Assembly (NCBI RefSeq): GCF_009914755.1
Contig: NC_060925.1
Direction: 5' to 3' (one strand)
Source of the DNA: the human T2T-CHM13v2.0 reference genome, Homo sapiens
DNA length: 64,000 nucleotides
Shown: piece by piece, positions 42,271-57,390 of the stretch
Position numbering within the stretch: position 1 is the first letter of the stretch
Layout of the letters: each line of letters begins with the position of its first letter
Translations under genes and position numbers: made by a program
Notes under the pieces: model-generated
The model's input: the letters and a program-made list of their open reading frames with translations, nothing else
What the model was told of the DNA's origin: nothing
Database searches by the model: none

Positions 42271-45200
42271 ATGAAATTGAAATGGATGGACTCATCATCG
42301 AATGGATTCGAATGGAATCATCGAATAAAATTGATTGAAATCATCATCAAATGGAATCGAATGGTATCATTGAATGGAATCGAATGGAATCATCATCAGA
42401 TGGAAATGAATGGAATCGTCATAGAATGGAATCGAATGGATTCATTGAATGGAATCAGATGGAATCATCGAATGGACTGGAATGGAATCATTGAATGGAC
42501 TCGAAAGGGATCATTATTGAATGGAATTGAATGGAATCATCGAGTGGTCTCGATTGGAGTCATTATCAAATGGAATCGAATGGAATCACCGAATAGAATC
42601 GAATGGAACAATCATCGAATGGACTCAAATGGAATTATCCTCAAACGGAATCGAATGGAATTATCGAATGCAATCGAATGGAATTATCGAATGCAATCGA
42701 ATAGAATCATCGAATGGACTCGAATGGAATCATCGAATGGAATGGAATGGAACAGTCAATGAACTCGAATGGAATCATCATTGAATGGAATCGAATGGAA
42801 TCATCGAGTGGAATCGAATGGAATTATGATCAAAGGGAATCGAATGTAATCATCATCAAATGGAATCAAAAATAACCATCATCAATTGGTATTGAATGGA
42901 ATTGTCATCAAATGGAATTCAAAGGAATCATCACCAAATGGAACCGAATGGATTCCTCATTGAATGGAAATGAAAGGGGTCATCATCTAATGGAATCGCA
43001 TGGAATCATCATCAAATGGAATCGAATGGAATCATCATCAAATGGAATCTAATGGAATCATTGAACAGAATTGAATGGAATCGTCATCGAATGAATTGAA
43101 TGCAATCATCTAATGGTCTCGAATGGAATCATCTTCTAATGGAAAGGAATGGAATCATCGCATAGAATCGAATGGAATTAACATTGAATGGACTCGAATG
43201 GAATCAACATCAAACGGAATCAAGCGGAATTATCGAATGGAATCGAAGAGAATCATCGAATGGACTCGAATGGAATCATCTAATGGAATGGACTGGAATA
43301 ATCAACGGACTCGAATGCAATAATCATCGTATAGAATCGAATGGAATCATCGAATGGACTCGAATGGAATAATCATTGAAAGAATCGAATGGAATCATCA
43401 TCGGATGGAAACGAATGGAATCATCATCGAATGGAAATGAAAGGAGTCATCTAATGGAATTGCATGAAATCATCATCAAATGGAATCGAATGGAATCAAC
43501 ATCAAATGGAATCAAATGGAATCATTGAACGGAATTGAATGGAATCGTCATCGAATGAATTGAATGCAATCATCGAATGGTCTCGAATGGAATCATCTTC
43601 AAATGGAATGGAATGGAATCATCGCATAGAATCGAATGGAATTAACATTGAATGGACTCGAATGGAATCATCTAATGGAATGGAATGGAATAATCCCCGG
43701 ACTCGAATGCAATCATCATCGTATAGAATCGAATGCAATCATTGAATGGACTCGAATGGAATAATCATTGAACGGAATCGAATGGAATCATCATCGGATG
43801 GAAACGAATGGAATCATCATCGAATGGAAATGAAAGGAGTCATCATCTAATGGAATTGCATGCAATCATCATAAAATGGAATCGAATGGAATCAACATCA
43901 AATGGAATCAAATGGAATCATTGAACGGAATTGAATGGAATCGTCATCGAATGAATTGAATGCAATCATCCAATGGTCTCGAATGGAATCATCTTCAAAT
44001 GGAATGGAATGGAATCATCGCATAGAATCGAATGGAATTATCATCGAATGTTATCGAATGGTATCAACAACAAACGGAACAAAACGGAATTATCGAATGG
44101 AATCGAAGAGAATCATCGAACGGACCCGATTGGAATCATCTAATGGAATGGAATGGAATAATCCATGGACTCGAATGCAATCATCATCGAATGGAATCGA
44201 ATGGAATCATCGAATGGACTCGAAATGAATAATCATTGAACGGAATCGAATGGAATCATCATCGGATGGAAACGAATGGAATCATCATCGAATGGAAATG
44301 AAAGGATTCATCATCTAATGGAATTGCATGGAATCACCATAAAATGGAATCGAATGGAATCAACATCAAATGGAATCAAATGGAATCATTGAACGGAATT
44401 GAATGGAATCTTCATCGAATGAATTGAATGCAATCATCGAATGGTCTCGAATGGAATCATCTTCAAATGGAATGGAATGGAATCATCGCATAGAATCGAA
44501 TGGAATTATCATCGAATGGAATCGAATGGAATCAACATCAAACGAAAAAATCGGAATTATCGTATGGAGTCGAATGGAATCATCGAATGGACTCGAATGG
44601 AATAATCATCCAACGGAATCGAATGGAGTCATCATCAGATGGAAATGAATGGAATCATCATCGAATGGAATCGAATAGAATTATGGAATGAAATCCAGTG
44701 TGATCATCATCGAATGGACCCGAATGGAATCATCATCCAACGGAAGCTAATGGAATCAACATCGAATGAATCGAATGGAAACACCATCGAATTGAAACGA
44801 ATGGAATTATCATGAAATTGAAATGGATGGACTCATCATCGAATGGATTCGAATGGAATCATCGAATAAAATTGATTGAAATCATCATCAAATGGAATCG
44901 AATGGTATCATTGAATGGAATCGAATGGAATCATCATCAGATGGAAATGAATGGAATCGTCATAGAATGGAATCGAATGGATTCATTGAATGGAATCAGA
45001 TGGAATCATCGAATGGACTGGAATGGAATCATTGAATGGACTCGAAAGGATTCATTATTGAATGGAATTGAATGGAATCATCGAATGGTCTCGATTGGAA
45101 TCATTATCAAATGGAACCGAATGGAATCACCGAATAGAATCGAATGGAACAATCATCGAATGGACTCAAATGGAATTATCCTCCAATGGAATCGAATGGA

Positions 45201-48200
45201 AATATCGAATGCAATCGAATGGAATTATCGAATGCAATCGAATAGAATGATCGAATGGACTCGAATGGAATCATCGAATGGAATGGAATGGAACAGTCAA
45301 TGAACTCGAATGGAATCATCATTGAATGGAATCGAATGGAATCATCGAGTGGAATCGAATGGAATTATGATCAAATGGAATCGAATGTAATCATCATCAA
45401 ATGGAATCGAAAATAACCATCATCAATTGGTATTGAATGGAATTGTCATCAAATGGAATTCAAAGGAATCATCATCAAATGGAACCGAATGGAATCCTCA
45501 TTGAATGGAAATGAAAGGGGTCATCATCTAATGGAATCGCATGGAATCATCATCAAATGGAATCGAATGGAATCATCATCAAATGGAATCTAATGGAATC
45601 ATTGAACAGAATTGAATGGAATCGTCATCGAATGAATTGAATGCAATCATCGAATGGTCTCGAATGGAATCATCTTCAAATGGAATGGAATGGAATCATC
45701 GCATAGAATCGAATGGAATTAACATTGAATGGACTCGAATGGAATCATCTAATGGAATGGAATGGAATAATCCCCGGACTCGAATGCAATCATCATCGTA
45801 TAGAATCGAATGCAATCATTGAATGGACTCGAATGGAATAATCATTGAACGGAATCGAATGGAATCATCATCGGATGGAAACGAATGGAATCATCATCGA
45901 ATGGAAATGAAAGGAGTCATCATCTAATGGAATTGCATGCAATCATCATAAAATGGAATCGAATGGAATCAACATCAAATGGAATCAAATGGAATCATTG
46001 AACGGAATTGAATGGAATCGTCATCGAAGAATTGAATGCAATCATCGAATGGTCTCCAATGGAATCATCTTCAAATGGAATGGAATGGAATCATCGCATA
46101 GAATCGAATGGAATTATCATCGAATGTTATCGAATGGTATAAACAACAAACGGAACAAAACGGAATTATCGAATGGAATCGAAGAGAATCATCGAACGGA
46201 CCCGAATGGAATCATCTAATGGAATGGAATGGAATAATCCATGGACTCGAATGCAATCATCATCGAATGGAATCGAATGGAATCATCGAATGGAACTTAA
46301 CGGAATAATCATTGAACGGAATCGAATGGAATCATCATCGGATGGAAACGAATGGAATCATCATCGAAAGGAAATGAAAGGAGTCATCTAATGGAATTGC
46401 ACGGAATCAACATAAAATGGAATCGAATGGAATCAACATCAAATGGAATCAAATGGAATCATTGAACGGAATTGAATGGAATAGTCATCGAATGAATTGT
46501 ATGCAATCATCGAATGGTCTCCAATGGAATCATCTTCAAATGGAATGGAATGGAATCATCGCATAGAATCGAATGGAATTATCATCGAATGGAATCGAAT
46601 GGAATCAACATCAAACGGAAAAAAACGGAATTATCGAATGGAATCGAAGAGAATCATCGAATGGTCCCGAATGGAATCATCTAATGGAATGGAATGGAAT
46701 AATCCATAGACTCGAATGCAATCATCATCGAATGGAATCGAATGGAATCATCAAATGGACTCGAATGGAATAATCATTGAACGGAATCGAATGGAATCAT
46801 CATCGGATGGAAATGAATGGAATCATCATCGAATGGAATCGAATAGAATTATGGAATGAAATCCAGTGTCGTCATCATCGTATGGACCCAAATGGAATCA
46901 TCATCCAACGGAAGCTAATGGAATCAACATCGAATGAATCGAATGGAAACACCATCGAATTGAAACGAGTGGAATTATCATGAAATTGAAATGGATGGAC
47001 TCATCATCGAATGGATTCGAATGGAATCATCGAATGAAATTGATTGAAATCATCATCAAATGGAATCGAATGGTATCATTGAATGGAATCGAATGGAATC
47101 ATCATCAGATGGAAATGAATGGAATCGTCATAGAATGGAATCGAATGGATTCATTGAATGGAATCAGATGGAATCTTCGAATGGACTGGAATGGAATCAT
47201 TGAATGGACTCGAAAGGGATCATTATTGAATGGAATTGAATGGAATCATCGAATGGTCTCGATTGGAATCATTATCAAATGGAATCGAATGGAATCACCG
47301 AATAGAATTGAATGGAACAATCATCGAATGGACTCAAATGAAATTATCCTCAAGTGGAATCGAATGGAATTATCGAATGCAATCGAATGGAATTATCGAA
47401 TGCAATCGAATAGAATCATCGAATGGACTCGAATGGAATCATCGAATGGAATGGAATGGAACAGTCAATGAACTCGAATGGAATCATCATTGAATGGAAT
47501 CGAATGGAATCATCGAGTGGAATCGAATGGAATTATGATCAAATGGAATCGAATGTAATCATCAACAAATGGAATCAAAGATAACCATCATCAATTGGTA
47601 TTGAATGGAATTGTCATCAAATGGAATTCAAAGGAATCATCACCAAATGGAACCGAATGGAATCCTCATTGAATGGAAATGAAAGGGGTCATCATCTAAT
47701 GGAATCGCATGGAATCATCATCAAATGGAATCGAATGGAATCATCATCAAATGGAATCTAATGGAATCATTGAACAGAATTGAATGGAATCGTCATCGAA
47801 TGAATTGAATGCAATCATCGAATGGTCTCAAATGGAATCATCTTCTAATGGAAAGGAATGGAATCATCGCATAGAATCGAATGGAATTAACATTGAATGG
47901 ACTCGAATGGAATCAACATCAAACGGAATGAAGCGGAAATATCGAACGGAATCGAAGAGAATCATCGAATGGACTCGAATGGAATCATCTAATGGAATGG
48001 AATGGAATAATCAACGGACTCGAATGCAATCATCATCGTATAGAATCGAATGGAATCATCAAATGGACTCGAATGGAATAATCATTGACGGAATCGAATG
48101 GAATCATCATCGGATGGAAACGAATGGAATCATCATCGAATGGAAATGAAAGGAGTCATCTAATGGAATTGCATGAAATCATCATCAAATGGAATCGAAT

Positions 48201-49555
48201 GGAATCAACATCAAATGGAATCAAATGGAATCATTGAACGGAATTGAATGGAATCGTCATCGAATGAATTGAATGCAATCATCGAATGGTCTCGAATGGA
48301 ATCATCTTCAAATGGAATGGAATGGAATCATCGCATAGAATCGAATGGAATTATCATCGAATGGAATCTAATGGAATCAACATCAAACGGAAAGAAACGG
48401 AATTATCGAATGGAATCGAAGAGAATCATCGAATGGACCCGAATGGAATCATCTAATGGAATGGAATGGAATAATCCATGGACTCGAATGCAATCATCAT
48501 CGAATGGAATCGAATGGAATCATCGAATGGACTCAAATGGAATAATCATCGAACGGAATCGAATGGAATCATCATCGGATGGAAATGTATGGAATCATCA
48601 TCAAATGGAATCGAATAGAATTATGGAATGAAATCCAGTGTGATCATCATCGAATGGACCCGAATGGAATCATCATCCAATGGAAACTAATGGAATCAAC
48701 ATGGAATGAATCGAATGGAAACACCATCGAATTGAAACGAATGGAATTATCATGAAAGTGAAATGGATGGACTCATCATCGAATGGATTCGAATGGAATC
48801 ATCGAATAAAATTGATTGAAATCATCATCAAATGGAATCGAATGGTATCATTGAATGGAATCGAATGGAATCATCATCAGATGGAAATGAATGGAATCGT
48901 CATAGAATGGAATCGAATGGATTCATTGAATGGAATCAGATGGAATCATCGAATGGACTGGAATGGAATCACTGAATGGACTCGAAAGGGATCATCATTG
49001 AATGGAATTCAATGGAATCATCGAATGGTCTCGATTGGAATCATTATGAAATGGAATCGAATCGAATCACCGAATAGAATCGAATGGAACAATCATCGAA
49101 TGGACTCAAATGGAATTATCCTCAAATGGAATGGAATGGAATTATCGAATGCAATCGAATGGAATTATCGAATGCAATCGAATAGAATCATCGAATGGAT
49201 TCGAATGGAATCATCGAATGGAATGGAATGGAACAGTCAATGAACTCGAATGGAATCATCATTGAATGGAATCGAATGGAATCATCGAGTGGAATCGAAT
49301 GGAATTATGATCAAATGGAATTGAATGTAATCATCATAAAATGGAATCAAAAATAACCATCATCAATTGGTATTGAATGGAATTGTCATCAAATGGAATT
49401 CAAAGGAATCATCATCAAATGGAACCGAATGGAATCCTCATTGAATGGAAATGAAAGGGGTCATCATCTAATGGAATCGCATGGAATCATCATCAAATGG
49501 AATCGAATGGAATCATCATCAAATGGAATCTAATGGAATCATTGAACAGAATTGA

Positions 49556-51463
49556 ATGGAATCGTCATCGAATGAATTGAATGCAATCATCGAATGGTCT
49601 CGAATGGAATCATCTTCTAATGGAAAGGAATGGAATCATCGCATAGAATCGAATGGAATTAACATTGAATGGACTCGAATGGAATCCACATCAAACGGAA
49701 TCAAGCGGAATTATCGAATGGAATCGAAGAGAATCATCGAATGGACTCGAATGGAATCATCTAATGGAATGGAATGGAATAATCCACGGACTCGAATGCA
49801 ATCATCATCGTATAGAATCGAATGGAATCATCGAATGGACTCGAATGGATTAATCATTGAACGGAATCAAATGGAATCATCATCGAATGGAAACGAATGG
49901 AATCATCATCGAATGGAAATGAAAAGAGTCATCATCTAATGGAATTGCATGGAATCATCATAAAATGGAATCGAATGGAATCAACATCAAATGGAATCAA
50001 ATGGAATCATTGAACGGAATTGAATGGAATCGTCATCGAATGAATTGAATGCAATCATCGAATGGTCTCGAATGGAATCATCTTCTAATGGAAAGGAAAG
50101 GAATCATCGCATAGAATCGAATGGAATTAAAATTGAATGGACTCGAATGGAATCAACATCAAACGGAATAAAACGGAATTATCGAATGGAATCGAAGAGA
50201 ATCATCGAATGGACCCGAATGTAATCATCTAATGGAATGGAATGGAATAATCCATGGACTCGAATGCAATCATCATCGAATGGAATCGAATGGAATCATC
50301 GAATGGACACGAATGGAATAATCATTGAACGGAATCGAATGGAATCATCATCGGATGGAAAGGAATGGAATCATCATCGAATGGAAATGAAAGGAGTCAT
50401 CATCTAATGGAATTTCATGGAATCATCATAAAATGGAATCGAATGGAATCGACATCAAATGGAATCAACTGGAAACATTGAACGAAGTTGAATGGAATCG
50501 TCGTCAAATAAATTGAATGCAATCATCGAATGGTCTCGAATGGAATCATCTTCAAATGGAATGGAGTGGAATCATCGCATAGAATCAAATGGAATTATCA
50601 TCGAATGGAATCGAATGGAATCAACATCAAACGGAAAAAAACGGAATTATCGAATGGAATCGAAGAGAATCATCGAACGGACCCGAATGGAATCATCTAA
50701 TGGAATGGAATGGAATAATCAACGGACTCGAATGCAATCATCATCGTATAGAATCGAATGGAATCATCGAATGGACTCGAATGGAATAATCATTGAACGG
50801 AATCGAATGGAATCATCATCGGATGGAAACGAATGGAATCATCATCGAATGGAAATGAAAGGAGTCATCATCTAATGGAAATGCATGGAATCATCATAAA
50901 ATGGAATCGAATGGAATCAACATCAAATGGAATCAAATGGAATCATTGAACGGAATTGAATGGAATCGTCATCGACTGAATTGAATGCAATCATCGAATG
51001 GTCTCGAATGGAATCACCTTCAAATGGAATGGAATGGAATCATCGCATAGAATCGAATGGAATTATCATCGAATGCAATCGAATGGAATCAACATCAAAA
51101 GGAAAAAAACGGAATTATCGAATGGAATCGAAGACAATCATCGAACGGACCCGAATGGAATCATCTAATGGAATGGAATGGAATAATCCGTGGACTCGAA
51201 TGCAATCATCATCGAATGGAATCGAATGGAATCATCGAATGGACTCGAATGGAATAATCATTGAATGGAATCGAATGGAATCATCATCGGATGGAAATGA
51301 ATGGAATCATCACCGAATGGAATCGAATAGAATTATGGAATGAAATCCAGTGTGATCATCATCGAATGGACCCGAATGGAATCATCATCCAACGGAAGCT
51401 AATGGAATCAACATCGAATGAATCCAATGGAAACACCATCGAATTGAAACGAATGGAATTACC
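49556..51463 (+). repeat. Four tandem 468-bp modules (unit 48752-51463, 2,712 bp)
   Basis: Starts at 49556, 50024, 50492, 50960, exactly 468 apart. Confidence 0.9.
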
Positions 51464-53239
51464 ATGAAATTGAAATGGATGGACTCATCATCGAATGGAT
51501 TCGAAAGGAATCATCGAATAAAATTGATTGAAATCATCATCGAATGGAATCGAATGGTATCATTGAATGGAATCGAATGGAATCATCATCAGATGGAAAT
51601 GAATGGAATCGTCATAGAATGGAATCGAATGGATTCATTGAATGGAATCAGATGGAATCATCGAATGGACTGGAATGGAATCATTGAATGGACTCGAAAG
51701 AGATCATGATTGAATGGAATTGAATGGAATCATCGAATGGTCTCGATTGGAATCATTATGAAATGGAATCGAATGGAATCACCGAATAGAATCGAATGGA
51801 ACAATCATCGAATGGACTCAAATGGAATTATCCTCAAATGGAATCGAATGGAATTATCGAATGCAATCGAATGGAATTATCGAATGCAATCGAATAGAAT
51901 CATCGAATGGACTCGAATGGAATCATCGAATGGAATGGAATGGAACAGTCAATGAACTCGAATGGAATCATCATTGAATGGAATCGAATGGAATCATCGA
52001 GTGGAATCGAATGGAATTATGATCAAATGGAATCGAATGTAATCATCATCAAATGGAATCAAAAATAACCATCATCAATTGGTATTGAATGGAATTGTCA
52101 TCAAATGGAATTCAAAGGAATCATCATCAAATGGAACCGAATGGAATCCTCATTGAATGGAAATGAAAGGGGTCATCATCTAATGGAATCGCATGGAATC
52201 ATCATCAAATGGAATCGAATGGAATCATCATCAAATGGAATCTAATGGAATCATTGAAGAGAATTGAATGGAATCGTCATCGAATGAATTGAATGCAATC
52301 ATCGAATGGTCTCGAATGGAATCATCTTCTAATGGAAAGGAATGGAATCATCGCATAGAATCGAATGGAATTATCATCGAATGGAATCGAATGGTATCAA
52401 CACCAAACGGAAAAAAACGGAGTTATCGAATGGAATCGAAGAGAATCTTCGAACGGACCCGAATGGAATCATCTAATGGAATGGAATGGAATAATCCATG
52501 GACTCGAATGCAATCATCATCGAATGGAATCGAATGGAATCATTGAATGGACTCGAATGGAATAATCATTGAACGGAATCGAATGGAATCATCATCGGAT
52601 GGAAACGAATGGAATCATCATCGAATGGAAATGAAAGGAGTCATCATCTAATGGAATTGCATGGAATCATCATAAAATGGAATCGAATGGAATCAACATC
52701 AAATGGAATCAAATGGAATCATTGAACGGAATTGAATGGAATCGTCATCGAATGAATTGAATGCAATCATCGAATGGTCTCGAATGGAATCATCTTCAAA
52801 TGGAATGGAATGGAATCATCGCATAGAATCGAATGGAATTATCATCGAATGGAATCGAATGGAATCAACATCAAACGGAAAAAAACGGAATTATCGAATG
52901 GAATCGAAAAGAATCATCGAATGGACCCGAATGGAATCATCTAATGGAATGGAATGGAATAATCCATGGACTCGAATGCAATCATCATCGAATGGAATCG
53001 AATGGAATCATCGAATGGACTCGAATGGAATAATCATTGAACGGAATCGAATGGAATCATCATCGGATGGAAATGAATGGAATCATCATCGAATGGAATC
53101 GAATAGAATTATGGAATGAAATCCAGTGTGATCATCATCGAATGGATCCGAATGGAATCATCATCCAACGGCAGCTAATGGAATCAACATCGAATGAATC
53201 GAATGGAAACACCATCGAATTGAAACGAATGGAATTATC
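51464..53239 (+). repeat. Representative canonical 1,776-bp unit (804-bp segment + 468-bp module + 504-bp terminal segment)
   Basis: Landmark ATGAAATTGAAATGGATGG at 51464 and (1 mismatch) 53240; module starts (ATGGAATCGTCATCGAATGAATTG) at 52268 and 52736. Other ~1.77-kb units start at 17697, 27970, 31976, 33752, 46980, 59252. Confidence 0.9.
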
Positions 53240-54043
53240 ATGAAGTTGAAATGGATGGACTCATCATCGAATGGATTCGAATGGAATCATCGAATAAAAT
53301 TGATTGAAATCATCATCAAATGGAATCGAATGGTATCATTGAATGGAATCGAATGGAATCATCATCAGATGGAAATGAATGGAATCGTCATAGAATGGAA
53401 TCGAATGGATTCATTGAATGGAATCAGATGGAATCATCGAATGGACTGGAATGGAATCATTGAATGGACTCGAAAGGGATCATTATTGAATGGAATTGAA
53501 TGGAATCATCGAATGGTCTCGATTGGAATCATTATCAAATGGAATCGAATGGAATCACCGAATGGAATCGAATGGAACAATCATCGAATGGACTCAAATG
53601 GAATTATCCTCAAATGGAATGGAATGGAATTATCGAATGCAATCGAATGGAATTATCGAATGCAATCGAATAGAATCATCGAATGCACTCGAATGGAATC
53701 AACGAATGGAATGGAATGGAACAGTCAATGAACTCGAATGGAATCATCATTGAATGGAATCGAATGGAATCATCGAGTGGAATCGAATGGAATTATGATC
53801 AAATGGAATCGAATGTAATCATCATCAAATGGAATCAAAAATAACCATCATCAATTGGTATTGAATGGAATTGTCATCAAATGGAATTCAAAGGAATCAT
53901 CATCAAATGGAACCGAATGGAATCCTCATTGAATGGAAATGAAAGGGGTCATCATCTAATGGAATCGCATGGAATCATCATCAAATGGAATCGAAAGGAA
54001 TCATCATCAAATGGAATCTGATGGAATCATTGAACAGAATTGA

Positions 54044-55951
54044 ATGGAATCGTCATCGAATGAATTGAATGCACTCATCGAATGGTCTCGAATGGAATCA
54101 TCTTCTAATGGAAAGGAATGGAATCATCGCATAAAATCGAATGGAATTAACATTGAATGGACTCGAATGGAATCAACATCAAACGGAATCAAGCGGAATT
54201 ATCGAATGGAATCGAAGAGAATCATAGAATGGACTCGAATGTAATCATCTAATGGAATGGAATGGAATAATCCACGGACCCGAATGCAATCATCTTCGAA
54301 TGGAATCGAATGGAATCATCGAATGGACTCGAATGGAATAATCGTTGAACGGAATCGAATGGAATCATCATCGGATGGAAACGAATGGAATCATCATCGA
54401 ATGGAAATGAAAGGAGTCATCATCTAATGGAATTGCATGGAATCATCATCAAATGGAATCGAATGGAATCAACATCAGATGGAATCAAATGGAATCATTG
54501 AACGGAATTGAATGGAATCGTCATCGAATGAATTGAATGCAATCATCGAATGGTCTCGAATGGAATCATCTTCAAATGGAATGGAATGGAATCATTGCAT
54601 AGAATCGAATGGAATTATCATCGAATGGCATCGAATGGTATCAACATCAAACGGAAAAAAACGGAATTATCGAATGGAATCGAAGAGAATCATCGAACGG
54701 ACCCGAATGGAATCATCTAATGGAATGGAATGGAATAATCCATGGACTCGAATGCAATCATCATCGAATGGAATCGAATGGAATCATCGAATGGACTCGA
54801 ATGGAATAATCATTGAACGGAATCGAATGGAATCATCATAGGATGGAAACGAATGGAATCATCATCGAATGGAAATGAAAGGAGTCATCATCTAATGGAA
54901 TTGCATGGAATCATCATAAAATGGAATCGAATGGAATCAACATCAAATGGAATCAAATGGAATCATTGAACGGAATTGAATGGAATCGTCATCGACTGAA
55001 TTGAATGCAATCATCGAATGGTCTCGAATGGAATCACCTTCAAATGGAATGGAATGGAATCATCGCATAGAATCGAATGGAATTATCATCGAATGCAATC
55101 GAATGGAATCAACATCAAAAGGAAAAAAACGGAATTATCGAATGGAATCGAAGACAATCATCGAACGGACCCGAATGGAATCATCTAATGGAATGGAATG
55201 GAATAATGCACGGACTCGAATGCAATCATCATCGAATGGAATCGAATCGAATCATCGAATGGACTCGAATGGAATAATCATTGAACGGAATCGAATGGAA
55301 TCATCTTCGGATGGAAACGAATGGAATCATCATGGAATGGAAATGAGAGGAATCATCATCTAATGGAATTGCATGGAATCATCATAAAATGGAATCGAAT
55401 GGAATCAACATCAAATGGAATCAAATGGAATCATTGAACGGAATTGAATGGAATCGTCATCGAATGAATTGAATGCAATCATCGAATGGTCTCGAATGGA
55501 ATCATCTTCAAATGGAATGGAATGGAATCATCGCATAGAATCGAATGGAATTATCATCGAATGGAATCGAATGGAATCAACATCAAACGGAAAAAAACGG
55601 AATTATCGAATGGAATCGAAGAGAATCATCGAATGGACCCGAATGGAATCATCTAATGGAATGGAATGGAATAATCCGTGGACTCGAATGCAATCATCAT
55701 CGAATGGAATCGAATGGAATCATCGAATGGACTCGAATGGAATAATCATTGAACGGAATCGAATGGAATCATCATCGGATGGAAACGAATGGAATCATCA
55801 TCGAATGGAATCGAATAGAATTATGGAATGAAATCCAGTGTGATCATCATCGAATGGACCTGAATGGAATCATCATCCAACGGATGCTAATGGAATCAAC
55901 ATCGAATGAATCAAATGGAAACACCATCGAATTGAAACGAATGGAATTACC
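54044..55951 (+). repeat. Four tandem 468-bp modules (unit 53240-55951, 2,712 bp)
   Basis: Starts at 54044, 54512, 54980, 55448, exactly 468 apart. Confidence 0.9.
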
Positions 55952-57292
55952 ATGAAATTGAAATGGATGGACTCATCATCGAATGGATTCGAATGGAATC
56001 ATCGAATAAAATTGATTGAAATCATCATCGAATGGAATCGAATGGTATCATGGAATGGAATCGAATGGAATCATCATCAGATGGAAATGAATGGAATCGT
56101 CATAGAATGGAATCGAATGGATTCATTGAATGGAATCAGATGGAATCATCGAATGGACTGGAATGGAATCATTGAATGGACTCGAAAGGGATCATTGTTG
56201 AATGGAATTGAATGGAATCATCGAATGGTCTCGATTGGAATCATTATCAAATGGAATCGAATGGAATCACCGAATAGAATCAAATGGAACAATCATCGAA
56301 TGGACTCAAATGGAATTATCCTCAAATGGAATCGAATGGAATTATCGAATGCAATCGAATGGAATTATCGAATGCAATCGAATAGAATCATCGAATGGAC
56401 TCGAATGGAATCATCGAATGGAATGGAATGGAACAGTCAATGAACTCGAATGGAATCATTGAATGGAATCGAATGGAATCATCGAGTGGAATCGAATGGA
56501 ATTCTGATCAAATGGAATCGAATGTAATCATCATCAAATGGAATCAAAAATAACCATCATCAATTGGTATTGAATGGAATTGTCATCAAATGGAATTCAA
56601 AGGAATCATCATCAAACGGAACCGAATGGAATCCTCATTGAATGGAAATGAAAGGGGTCATCATCTAATGGAATCGCATGGAATCATCATCAAATGGAAT
56701 CGAATGGAATCATCATCAAATGGAATCTAATGGAATCATTGAACAGAATTGAATGGAATCGTCATCGAATGAATTGAATGCAATCATCGAATGGTCTCGA
56801 ATGGAATCATCTTCTAATGGAAAGGAATGGAATCATCGCATAGAATCGAATGGAATTATCATCGAATGGAATCGAATGGTATCAACACCAAACGGAAAAA
56901 AACGGAATTATCGAATGGAATCGAAGAGAATCTTCGAACGGACCCGAATGGAATCATCTAATGGAATGGAATGGAATAATCCATGGACTCGAATGCAATC
57001 ATCATCGAATGGAATCGAATGGAATCATCGAATGGACTCGAATGGAATAATCATTGAACGGAATCAAATGGAATCATCATCGGATGGAAACGAATGGAAT
57101 CATCATCGAATGGAAATGAAAGGAGTCATCATCTAATGGAATTGCATGGAATCATCATAAAATGGAATCGAATGGAATCAACATCAAATGGAATCAAATG
57201 GAATCATTGAACGGAATTGAATGGAATCGTCATCGAATGAATTGACTGCAATCATCGAATGGTCTCGAATGGAATCATCTTCAAATGGAATG

Positions 57293-57390
57293 GAATGGAA
57301 TCATCGCATAGAATCGAATGGAATTATCATCGAATGGAATCGAATGGAATCATCGCATAGAATCGAATGGAATTATCATCGAATGGAATC
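57293..57390 (+). repeat. 49-bp perfect tandem duplication
   Basis: GAATGGAATCATCGCATAGAATCGAATGGAATTATCATCGAATGGAATC x2. The terminal segment is 553 = 504+49 bp. Confidence 0.9.
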
